A stretch of 61,674 nt of DNA from Candidatus Kaiserbacteria bacterium (GTDB taxonomy: Bacteria > Patescibacteriota > Minisyncoccia > Phycocordibacterales > UBA2100), in assembly GCA_016217975.1 (NCBI GenBank), contig JACRFH010000028.1:1-61674 (forward strand), written 5' to 3'. This document shows positions 9,796 through 17,787 of this stretch, piece by piece. Below the pieces are notes generated by a model. That model was not told where the DNA came from, made no database searches, and saw only the letters and a program-made list of their open reading frames with translations. Both the position numbers and the translations under genes were made by a program. Numbering within the stretch: the first letter of the stretch is position 1; each line of letters opens with the position of its first letter.

Positions 9796-10443
9796 ATGAC
9801 GCGACAAATCGAGTTTGCGAGCGATGAGTTGTATCACATCTACAATCGCGGTACCGAGAAGCGCATTGTATTTCTTTCCCGCTGGGATTACGACCGCTTC
9901 CTGACGCTCCTTTATCTTTGCAATCAGGAGGAGCGAATAGACGAGCGTCTCAACAGGCATACTTTGGCGCAAGCATTGGAGTTGCCCCAAGGTTCACCGC
10001 TTGTGAATATCGTTGCCTATTGCCTGATGCCCAATCACTTCCATCTTGTGCTGCGCGAAATCAGCGGGAGCGGTATAAGTCGATACATGCAGAAGGTCAT
10101 CACGGGCTACACCATGTATTTCAATAAAAAGTATGATCGAAGTGGTGTCTTATTTCAGGGGAAATTCAAAGCGGCTCATGCAAAGGATGATCGTTACCTC
10201 CAATACCTCATGGCATATGTACATCTGAACCCGACTACACTGACTAACGTATTTGAGAAAGACAAACTCTCATCTACGGTACGATCATTAAAACAATATC
10301 GATATTCGAGCTATCTGGACTATATAGGCACAAAGCGTCCGGAAAACAAATTGGTAGACATGTACGCGCTACCTGGATATCTTTCAGGCCCAAAACATTT
10401 CAAGAAACATATCAAAGAGTGGCTCGATCTGAAACTGGATTAA
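9796..10443 (+). CDS. REP-associated tyrosine transposase (RAYT, IS200/IS605 TnpA-like HUH Y1 enzyme)
   Basis: HUH motif in CLMPNHFHLVL and catalytic Tyr motif in LMAYVHLNP, about 215 aa. A TATAAT box at 9784..9789 lies only 6 nt before the ATG. Confidence 0.8.
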   Translation: MTRQIEFASDELYHIYNRGTEKRIVFLSRWDYDRFLTLLYLCNQEERIDERLNRHTLAQALELPQGSPLVNIVAYCLMPNHFHLVLREISGSGISRYMQKVITGYTMYFNKKYDRSGVLFQGKFKAAHAKDDRYLQYLMAYVHLNPTTLTNVFEKDKLSSTVRSLKQYRYSSYLDYIGTKRPENKLVDMYALPGYLSGPKHFKKHIKEWLDLKLD

Positions 10444-10450
10444 CTCAAAA

Positions 10451-10473
10451 TGTCCGAGGTCGGACCTCGGACA
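10451..10473. repeat. REP-B palindrome copy 2 (TGTCCGAGG-TCGGA-CCTCGGACA)
   Basis: Same 9-bp arms as copy 1 with a variant loop, 8 nt after the RAYT stop. Confidence 0.9.
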
Positions 10474-10490
10474 CGCAGGTTCGTATCTCG

Positions 10491-10499
10491 TGGTATAAT
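10491..10499 (+). promoter_or_regulatory. Extended -10 element (TGgTATAAT)
   Basis: TGGTATAAT lies 50 nt upstream of the ATG at 10549. No convincing -35 was seen. Confidence 0.3.
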
Positions 10500-10548
10500 A
10501 TGATTGGCGATATTTTCAATACACATCGATATCTTGTATACTCTTTCA

Positions 10549-10914
10549 ATGGACAAAGAACCCGCTCCGCTAACAGAAAAGCAACGTCAGCGAATTGTTG
10601 GCGTCATTAGAAATCTTGTTTCTGGTGGAAGTGCGAGGTCAGAAACAAGCAAGGCAGTGCAACGCCATTTGCGAGAACTGAATTTTAAGTACCCAATAAT
10701 GGTCATCTTCTCAAGTAAGAAAAACAAAAGCGAGGATCGCGTACAAGCACGTGACGAAAATCATTTTCTTGATCTTCTTCGGTATGGTCCCGAAGCGGAC
10801 GGTCTCAAAGATTCTAGTACAGACATGGTCCCAGAAATGATCCTACACCGATTGTCATATCCAAGGCGACCTCATGAGTTCATTGTCAATGTAGAACTGG
10901 ACTCTAGCGATTGA
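10549..10914 (+). CDS. Hypothetical protein
   Basis: 121 aa from MDKEPAPL. No motif recognised. AT-richer than its neighbours. Confidence 0.4.
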   Translation: MDKEPAPLTEKQRQRIVGVIRNLVSGGSARSETSKAVQRHLRELNFKYPIMVIFSSKKNKSEDRVQARDENHFLDLLRYGPEADGLKDSSTDMVPEMILHRLSYPRRPHEFIVNVELDSSD

Positions 10915-11506
10915 ACTCATTCATCGCCATCATTGGTCCTTGATTAATAGTTGCGGTTATCGCTTCACTTGTGCGCTTGAAAATCTTTTTCAGGTCGTCT
11001 AGTTCTGATGGTTTAAACTTTTGGAGAATGAATTTTAGGACGGCACCTTCCCCATGCGGTTTTTTGGCGACGCCTTTTGCAGTAGCAGGCGAGACGCCGA
11101 TCCTGATGCGTGTGAATTTCTTGGTTTTGACCGCGCGCATGACGCTCTCGAGTCCTTTGTGCCCGCCAGATCCCCTATCAAATGACATTTTCATGACTCC
11201 GAGCGGCAAATCGAGGTCGTCATAGACCACAATCATCTTCTCGGCCGCTTTTGCGCTCCCTCCTTCGCGGCGGGCAGGCTTTACATACTTCAAAACTGCG
11301 CTTCCCGACTTGTTCATAAATGTATTGGGTAACAAACATATAGTAGTGCCAACTTTTGCGACTGTCGCATTCGCTTTTTTGTCTTCTTTCCACTCTTCGA
11401 CACCGTTTTGTTTTGCAAAATGCATCACGGCCATCCTGCCTGCGTTGTGCCGCGTGCTTTCGTACTCGCTTCCGGGGTTCCCAAGACCAACAATCACCCA
11501 AGTCAT
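10904..11506 (-). CDS. pth: Peptidyl-tRNA hydrolase
   Basis: VIVGLGNPGSEYESTRHNAG at the N-terminus. Start moved to MTWVIVGLGNPG. Confidence 0.9.
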   Translation of the reverse strand: MTWVIVGLGNPGSEYESTRHNAGRMAVMHFAKQNGVEEWKEDKKANATVAKVGTTICLLPNTFMNKSGSAVLKYVKPARREGGSAKAAEKMIVVYDDLDLPLGVMKMSFDRGSGGHKGLESVMRAVKTKKFTRIRIGVSPATAKGVAKKPHGEGAVLKFILQKFKPSELDDLKKIFKRTSEAITATINQGPMMAMNEFNR

Positions 11507-11589
11507 AGTCGCAAGTATCATCCACACGCGCGAAAGTAGCAAGTGAATACACATTTACTTGACTCGGGATGCACAGCTAGTAGAATGCC

Positions 11590-12195
11590 GTGTACATGCC
11601 TGATTCGGTGATGCAAAAAGAAAGTTCACCGGACTCGTCGATCGAAAACGATCGTTCTTTGTTCTCTTATGCGCTCATTGCGCTCGTTTTGGCACTCATC
11701 ATTCGCTTCTTTATAGCGACACCCTATATCGTGCAAGGAGCATCGATGGAGCACGTCTTCGAAAATCACGATTATTTGATCATCGATAGGCTTACGTACG
11801 ATGTTTCTACTCCCAAACGAGGCGATGTGGTCGTCTTTGGACTTCCGCAAGAGACCTCGCGCGACCTCATCAAGCGCGTGATAGGGCTTCCGGAAGAGAC
11901 AGTCGTCCTTTCTGGGAAAGCTCCCGATGTCACCATCATTAATGCTACTCATCCCAATGGCTTCAAGCTCGATCAGTCGTATCTTTCAGCTGAAAATCTA
12001 GGCGGCTCAACAAATATGCGTGTGACACTTGGGCCCGATGAATACTTCGTGCTCGGCGACAATCGTCGTGTCTCTTCGGACTCGCGCATTTGGGGAGTCT
12101 TGCCGCGCAAAGACATTGTCGGCAGGGTTTTCGTCAGATTATTCCCGTTCAGCATGATCTCACTCTTTCCCGGAAAAGCTCACTATCAGGATTAA
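11590..12195 (+). CDS. lepB: Signal peptidase I
   Basis: N-terminal anchor, catalytic Ser box GASMEHV, and GDNRRVSSDSR box. Confidence 0.85.
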   Translation: MYMPDSVMQKESSPDSSIENDRSLFSYALIALVLALIIRFFIATPYIVQGASMEHVFENHDYLIIDRLTYDVSTPKRGDVVVFGLPQETSRDLIKRVIGLPEETVVLSGKAPDVTIINATHPNGFKLDQSYLSAENLGGSTNMRVTLGPDEYFVLGDNRRVSSDSRIWGVLPRKDIVGRVFVRLFPFSMISLFPGKAHYQD

Positions 12196-12204
12196 CACAA
12201 TCCA

Positions 12205-13398
12205 ATGATACGTATACGCGATACGCGACACTCTTCGACGGCAAGCCTCTTGGGGGACGCAGTGCAGATTGCCGAGTACTACGGTTTTGTTCCGCTCGAG
12301 AGTCTCGAACGAAACGAAACACTCACGAGAAAACCACCGGCGACTGCTGAAATCGAAGAACAACTCAACTTCGCCAGGCGCGATGAGCGTACACTCCCCT
12401 CGATCGCGCGCCGAATCGCACTTTCGACGCGAAAAATCGGAAACGCGATTTTTGCGTGGCGCGTTGTGCAATCCGGTGTCTCACTTCCGGGCGTCTCTCT
12501 TGAGCTTCACGTAATCGGACACGCTTCGGCCATGGCCGAAGCGCTTCTCATCGTCGTCGGAAATGCGATTGCCGAAGCCGCGGGCCTTGCAACGCGCGTA
12601 CTTTCCATCAACAACATTGGCTCAAGCGAATCATCCGGCAGATACGTGCGCGATGTAAGCGCCTACTTGCGCAAACACATCGAATCGATCTCGCCGACGC
12701 TGCGCCCGCGTGCAGCGCACGATCCGATCGGCACTTTAGTGCAGCTTATCGAGCGCGGGCACCCCGCGATCTCGCGCGCACCGCAAGCGATGGAATATCT
12801 CACTGAAGACGAGCGCAAACGTTTCTGGGAATTTCTTGAATATCTCGAAGTGTTTGGCCTGCCGTATGAATTGAGCGGGCATGTCCTCGGGAGCCGCGAT
12901 GTGTGGTCAAATTCTCTCTATGAAATTTCAACGGTCGATATGGAGACACAGGCACGCATTCCGTTTGCCTTTGGCGGCCGCTATGATCCGGTGATGAGCA
13001 GATTTGCCAGGCAGCCGGAGAGCGCGGCGATGATAGGCATCACTGTGGAGAGTCGGGGCGGCGTACGCCCTAAAAAGGCGGCGCGCTCAACTCCTGGGAT
13101 CTTTTTTGCGCATCTGGGGATGGAAGCGAGGCGGCGTGCGCTTTCGGTGATGGAGAACTTACGGCGTTCTGAAATACCCGTGCACCAATCGCTTACCTAC
13201 GAGCGCCTCGGCGATCAGATGGCCACGGCGCGCGCGCTCGCAGTACCCTATATATTGATCATGGGACACAAAGAGGCCGTTGAGAACGCAATACTGGTAC
13301 GCGAAGTCGCCACCAATTCACAAGAGCAAGTGCCGCTTGACGATCTCGCCAATTATCTGAAGCGCCGCCGCATGGGAAGCCGCGAAATCCACGCGTAA
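12205..13398 (+). CDS. Histidyl-tRNA-synthetase-like protein with degenerate catalytic motifs
   Basis: GGRYD box (AFGGRYDPV) and a C-terminal HGTP-type anticodon-binding-like domain (PYILIMGHKEAVENAILVREV). I could not find the motif-2 RxE/GRxREF pattern. Confidence 0.5.
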   Translation: MIRIRDTRHSSTASLLGDAVQIAEYYGFVPLESLERNETLTRKPPATAEIEEQLNFARRDERTLPSIARRIALSTRKIGNAIFAWRVVQSGVSLPGVSLELHVIGHASAMAEALLIVVGNAIAEAAGLATRVLSINNIGSSESSGRYVRDVSAYLRKHIESISPTLRPRAAHDPIGTLVQLIERGHPAISRAPQAMEYLTEDERKRFWEFLEYLEVFGLPYELSGHVLGSRDVWSNSLYEISTVDMETQARIPFAFGGRYDPVMSRFARQPESAAMIGITVESRGGVRPKKAARSTPGIFFAHLGMEARRRALSVMENLRRSEIPVHQSLTYERLGDQMATARALAVPYILIMGHKEAVENAILVREVATNSQEQVPLDDLANYLKRRRMGSREIHA

Positions 13399-13444
13399 CT
13401 TTTATCTTGCGGCTAATGGACTGACGTGGTATATTCACGCCTAC

Positions 13445-13762
13445 ATGATAAACGCAGAAGTGACCAAGAGCGGAAGCGAAAGCGCGCTCTCTACCATTCG
13501 CAAATTCAGCCGCAAGGTGCAGAGCACTGGCCTCATCAAGAATTCCCGCAAGCGAAGGTACTACGAGCGCGATATGTCTAAGGCGGTAAAGAAAAAGCGC
13601 GCACTCAAGCGCATCAAGAGCCATTCTGATTTCCGCAAGCTTGTAAAAGAAGGCAAGGCCGAGGAAAAACAGCATCGCCGCTCATTCCGCGATGCCGCCC
13701 CAACTCCCCGCCCGGCCACCTCCGGCAGCGGCCTCGGCGAAAACACTCCTATCGCTCGTTAG
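13445..13762 (+). CDS. rpsU: 30S ribosomal protein S21 with basic C-terminal extension
   Basis: SALSTIRKFSRKVQSTGLIKNSRKRRYYERDMSKAVKKKRALKR matches the S21 pattern. Confidence 0.75.
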   Translation: MINAEVTKSGSESALSTIRKFSRKVQSTGLIKNSRKRRYYERDMSKAVKKKRALKRIKSHSDFRKLVKEGKAEEKQHRRSFRDAAPTPRPATSGSGLGENTPIAR

Positions 13763-13769
13763 TTTTTCA

Positions 13770-14144
13770 ATGCTCGATATTCGACGTACTGTACGCTCTG
13801 CGCCATCGCTCCCTTACGAGGAGATCACTACAGCCGTTCTTGGAAAAAACTACGACCTGTCTCTCCTCATCTGCGGCGACTCGCTTGCTCGCACGGTGAA
13901 TATGAAATACCGCAGGAAGAGCTATTCACCCAACGTCCTCTCCTTCCCCTATTCCAAGATCGAGGGCGAGATATTCCTCAATGTGCGCAAGGCTAGCCGC
14001 GAAGCGCGTGTGGGAGGCATCTCAGACCGCGCCCGAATGGCCCTTTTATTTGTCCACGGTTGCTTTCATTTGAAGGGGTATCGTCATGGGCGTACAATGG
14101 AGCGCGAGGAGGCCCGCGTTTTGCGCAAGTTCGGATTCGAGTGA
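13770..14144 (+). CDS. ybeY: rRNA maturation endoribonuclease YbeY
   Basis: Zinc motif HGCFHLKGYRH (H-x3-H-x5-H). Start moved to MLDIRRTV. Confidence 0.8.
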   Translation: MLDIRRTVRSAPSLPYEEITTAVLGKNYDLSLLICGDSLARTVNMKYRRKSYSPNVLSFPYSKIEGEIFLNVRKASREARVGGISDRARMALLFVHGCFHLKGYRHGRTMEREEARVLRKFGFE

Positions 14145-14172
14145 ACGCCGCGCAAGCTTCTCTCTTGCGCAC

Positions 14173-15345
14173 ATGGCACAAAAAACATACACCGGCATCG
14201 ACATAGGCACGTACCATGTAAAAGTGGTCATCGCTGCCGCACCAGAATCCCCCGACTCACCGATGCAAATACTTGGTAGCGGCACCGCAGGCTCTCGGGG
14301 CATGCGACACGGCTACATCATCGACGTGAAGGAAGTGGGCAAGAGCGTGCGCGAGGCCATGTCGCGCGCAGAGACTGCTGCCCGCATACGGGTGAGTCAC
14401 GCGCGCGTCGCGGTGGGCGGCGTAGGGCTCGACGAAGTGAGATCGAGCGGTGATGTCACGCTCACAGCTTCGGGCGGTATCGTCACGACAGATTTGATGG
14501 AGCGAGCCGTGCGCGAAGCAGAAAAGCGTGCCGCATCCAAACTCATCAATAGAAGCGTGATCCATGCGATACCGCTCGAATATCGCCTCGACGGCGAAAA
14601 AGTATTTGGCAAACCCCTAGGCCTCCAAGGCACCAAGCTCGTCGTCGATGTCCTCCTCATTACGATGCTCACCAAACATCACGACGACATTCTTGAGGCA
14701 GTCGAAAGTGCGGGCGTGGAAGTCGAAGGTGTCATGGCATCTCCCGTTGCCGCGAGTTTTGTGACACTCTCCAAGGCGCAGAAAACCGCAGGTGTCGTCC
14801 TTGCCAACATCGGTGCCGAGACACTCTCCGTCATCGTCTACGACAATGACACACCCATATCGGTAAAAGTTTTCCCTGTTGGCGCGGCAGATATCACTGA
14901 AAAGATCGCGCTCACTTTCCAGATGCCGCTTCCCGAAGCCGAGCAGGCAAAGCGCGGCGCGGTATTGGGTGGCGACGTTCCGGGGAGAAAAATCCAATCG
15001 CTTATGAGCGCGCGCCTCAAAGAAATGTTTACACTGGTGAATGCGCACTTGCGCACGATCAATCGTCAGCGTCTGCTTCCTGCGGGCATCGTCATTACCG
15101 GTGGCGGCTCATCAATTGCAAGTGCTTCCGACGTCGCACGCACCATTCTAAGATTGCCTTCACAAGTCAGCGTCATCGGCTCCTTGGCGCGCTCGTCATC
15201 AATAGACGCCACATGGGCTGTCGCATACGGCCTCTGCAGATGGGCATATGCAGAAGAAATTTCGGGCAAAGGCCATTCATTAAGTGAAGTATTAAAAGGA
15301 GGATGGGATTCCCTGCGAGGCGCGTTCAAATCGCTCCTCCCCTAG
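14173..15345 (+). CDS. ftsA: Cell division protein FtsA
   Basis: Actin-like ATPase with N-terminal YTGIDIGTYHVKVV and later GIVITGGGSS. Located directly upstream of ftsZ. Start moved to MAQKTYTG. Confidence 0.8.
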   Translation: MAQKTYTGIDIGTYHVKVVIAAAPESPDSPMQILGSGTAGSRGMRHGYIIDVKEVGKSVREAMSRAETAARIRVSHARVAVGGVGLDEVRSSGDVTLTASGGIVTTDLMERAVREAEKRAASKLINRSVIHAIPLEYRLDGEKVFGKPLGLQGTKLVVDVLLITMLTKHHDDILEAVESAGVEVEGVMASPVAASFVTLSKAQKTAGVVLANIGAETLSVIVYDNDTPISVKVFPVGAADITEKIALTFQMPLPEAEQAKRGAVLGGDVPGRKIQSLMSARLKEMFTLVNAHLRTINRQRLLPAGIVITGGGSSIASASDVARTILRLPSQVSVIGSLARSSSIDATWAVAYGLCRWAYAEEISGKGHSLSEVLKGGWDSLRGAFKSLLP

Positions 15346-15566
15346 AGCTTTTCACCTCACATATTACGCATCAATACCGGATTTCAATCAACTTTCAGAG
15401 CTCCCCCCTTGTGATATAGTGGCCCGACTATGCCCGGTAGAACAATTTCGAATCGCCTTGATATGGGTCTCCCGGCACATAGTTCCAGTAGCCTAATTTC
15501 GTCGTATTTTCGCACATACTCAAATATGACAGCGGCAAGAATTATTCGAAATTGTACTGACCGGGT

Positions 15567-16784
15567 ATGACAAAGCTGGTCAAGCCCGATGTGGAATCTT
15601 TTGCAAGAATTCGAGTGATAGGCGTAGGCGGCTCCGGCGGCAACACCATCAATCACATGATGTCGTCCAATGTGGCGGGCGTCGATTTCATCGCGATTAA
15701 CACCGACGCGCAAGATCTTGCGAAATCAAAAGCGAGGAAGAAGATACACATCGGTAAAACTCTTACCCGCGGCCTCGGCACAGGCATGAACTCTGATATG
15801 GGCAAACAGGCTGCAGAGGAAACGCGCGAAGAAATTCAAGAAGCGGTCAAGGGGAGTGATATGGTATTCATCACCTGCGGCATGGGCGGAGGCACCGGTA
15901 CTGGTGCCGCACCAGTCGTCGCAAAACTTGCGCGAGAGCTAGGAGCACTCACCGTCGGCGTCGTCACTCGTCCCTTTGCTTTTGAAGGACAGCAGCGCAT
16001 GCGCCTCGCCGAGCAGGGGCTTACCGAGCTGAAGAAGGCCGTCGACGCGTCAATTGTGATTCCTAACGACAAATTACTCGCGATCGTGAGCCGTGAGACC
16101 GGCATCAAGAACGCATTTGCAATGTGCGACGACATTTTGAAGCAAGCGGTCGAGGGAATCTCGGATTTGATCACGCAGACCGGTATTATCAATGTCGACT
16201 TCGCCGATGTGCGCACCATCATGCAAAATGCAGGCTCGGCGCTCATGGGTATCGGCACCGCCATCGGCGAGAAGCGTGCAGAGGCTGCCGCGCGTGCCGC
16301 AATCAATTCTCCGCTCCTCGAAGTCTCCATTCACGGGGCAAAAGGTGTCCTCTTCTCGGTTGCGGGAGGCGATGATCTTGGCATGCTCGAGATCCAAGAT
16401 GCCGCCAATGTTATTACCGAAGCAATCGATCCGGAAGCCAAAGTCATCTTCGGCGCGATCCAAGACGAGAGCCTCAAAAAGGGCCAGGTCCGCGTCACCG
16501 TCATCGCAACAGGATTCCCCGAGTCGTCACTCAGAAGTGGTGGCCTATTCCCTGGCACTACACGCCTGAGTACGGTTTCGAAAAAAGACCAAGACGTACC
16601 TCCTGCTGCACCAGTGCGCGTCGTACGCGATGAAAAAAAGGAAGAGCAATCAGAGCGACCCATCGCACGCGACCCGTTCCGCATTGCCGATCATATGCCG
16701 CGCCAGAATCCCCCGCAGCCAGCGACACCAGGTGCAGACGACGAAGCATGGGGAGGACTACCGTCCTTCTTGCGAAGGAAGTAA
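15567..16784 (+). CDS. ftsZ: Cell division GTPase FtsZ
   Basis: VIGVGGSGGNTINHM and the tubulin signature GGGTGTGAAPVVA. Confidence 0.97.
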   Translation: MTKLVKPDVESFARIRVIGVGGSGGNTINHMMSSNVAGVDFIAINTDAQDLAKSKARKKIHIGKTLTRGLGTGMNSDMGKQAAEETREEIQEAVKGSDMVFITCGMGGGTGTGAAPVVAKLARELGALTVGVVTRPFAFEGQQRMRLAEQGLTELKKAVDASIVIPNDKLLAIVSRETGIKNAFAMCDDILKQAVEGISDLITQTGIINVDFADVRTIMQNAGSALMGIGTAIGEKRAEAAARAAINSPLLEVSIHGAKGVLFSVAGGDDLGMLEIQDAANVITEAIDPEAKVIFGAIQDESLKKGQVRVTVIATGFPESSLRSGGLFPGTTRLSTVSKKDQDVPPAAPVRVVRDEKKEEQSERPIARDPFRIADHMPRQNPPQPATPGADDEAWGGLPSFLRRK

Positions 16785-16799
16785 ATAGTGATTAGAGAG

Positions 16800-16855
16800 A
16801 AGTGAACAGGAAATGCATAATCCTGTGGTATCCTGCTGTTCTCTGTTCACTTTTT
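16800..16855 (+). terminator. Possible intrinsic terminator after ftsZ
   Basis: AAGTGAACAG (16800..16809) pairs with CTGTTCACTT (16843..16852) and is followed by TTT-AC-TTT. The loop is long (33 nt), so this is weak. Confidence 0.3.
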
Positions 16856-16863
16856 ACTTTTCT

Positions 16864-17787
16864 ATGTATGATCTGATTATTGTCGGAGGAGGCCCTGCGG
16901 GCGCAGCTGCTGCGGTGTACGCGGCGCGCAAACAATTGAAGACCGTACTCATCGTCCAAGAGTGGGGCGGGCAGAGCAACGTCTCGGCCGACATTCACAA
17001 CTGGATCGGAACGCCATCGATATCCGGTGCTGATCTCGCTAAGGCGTTGAAAGGACATTCGGAAAAACACGTTGGTGACTATCTTACGATCAAATCTCCT
17101 GCGATGGCAACGGGCCTCTTTGCGGCAAACGACAAGGTATCGGTGACAACAAATAAGGGAGAAATACTTGAAGCAAAGGCACTTTTAATCGCATCGGGAA
17201 GCAGCCGCCGCAAACTCGATGTGCCGGGAGCAGCCGAGTATGACCAAAAGGGCCTCACCTATTGTGCGTCATGCGACGGCCCGCTTTTTGCTGGCCAAGA
17301 TGTGGCGGTCGTGGGCGGCGGTAACGCCGGGTTTGAATCAGCGCTCCAACTCCTCGCCTATTGCAAGACCGTCTATCTCTTGAATCGTACCGAGGCTTTC
17401 AGGGCCGATGAAATAACGGTCGCGGCCGCAAAAGCACATCCAAATATGCGCATTATTATGAATGCGGTACCGGCGGCCGTGGAAGGTGCGCAATTTGTGT
17501 CAGGCCTCCGATATAAGGATGCACACACAGATGAAGAAAAGAAACTCGACGTAACCGGTATTTTCGTCGAGATAGGACTACTGCCTAATACCGGATGGCT
17601 CGGAGAGACCGTAAAATTGAACGCGATCAAACAAGTGGTAACGGACCCGATGACCCAGCGCACCTCGCACCCACGCATCTGGGCCGCGGGCGATTGCACC
17701 GACGGCCTCTATCATCAAAACAACATCGCCGCGGGTGACGCCGTGAAAGCACTCGAGGATATTTATATGACTCTCAAGAGGTCGTGA
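16864..17787 (+). CDS. trxB: Thioredoxin-disulfide reductase
   Basis: FAD motif DLIIVGGGPAGAAAAVYAARK, redox CASCDG, and NADPH motif VAVVGGGNAG. Start moved to MYDLII. Confidence 0.9.
   Translation: MYDLIIVGGGPAGAAAAVYAARKQLKTVLIVQEWGGQSNVSADIHNWIGTPSISGADLAKALKGHSEKHVGDYLTIKSPAMATGLFAANDKVSVTTNKGEILEAKALLIASGSSRRKLDVPGAAEYDQKGLTYCASCDGPLFAGQDVAVVGGGNAGFESALQLLAYCKTVYLLNRTEAFRADEITVAAAKAHPNMRIIMNAVPAAVEGAQFVSGLRYKDAHTDEEKKLDVTGIFVEIGLLPNTGWLGETVKLNAIKQVVTDPMTQRTSHPRIWAAGDCTDGLYHQNNIAAGDAVKALEDIYMTLKRS

Larger units (their letters stand above)
9736..10473 (+). mobile_element. REP-RAYT-REP unit: IS200/IS605-like Y1 (HUH) transposase gene bracketed by two copies of a 23-nt palindrome
   Basis: Palindromes at 9736..9758 and 10451..10473 flank the CDS 9796..10443. 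A third copy is at 24000..24024. Confidence 0.7.

Noticed and set aside
14086-14172. Long N-terminal extensions in the ORF track, namely ftsA from 14086, ybeY from 13692, trxB from 16813, the MBL gene from 8505, pth from 11554, and 36826..37551
   Set aside because: Each extension overlaps an upstream gene or lacks family similarity. Internal ATGs align with the conserved N-termini or signal peptides, so the starts were moved.
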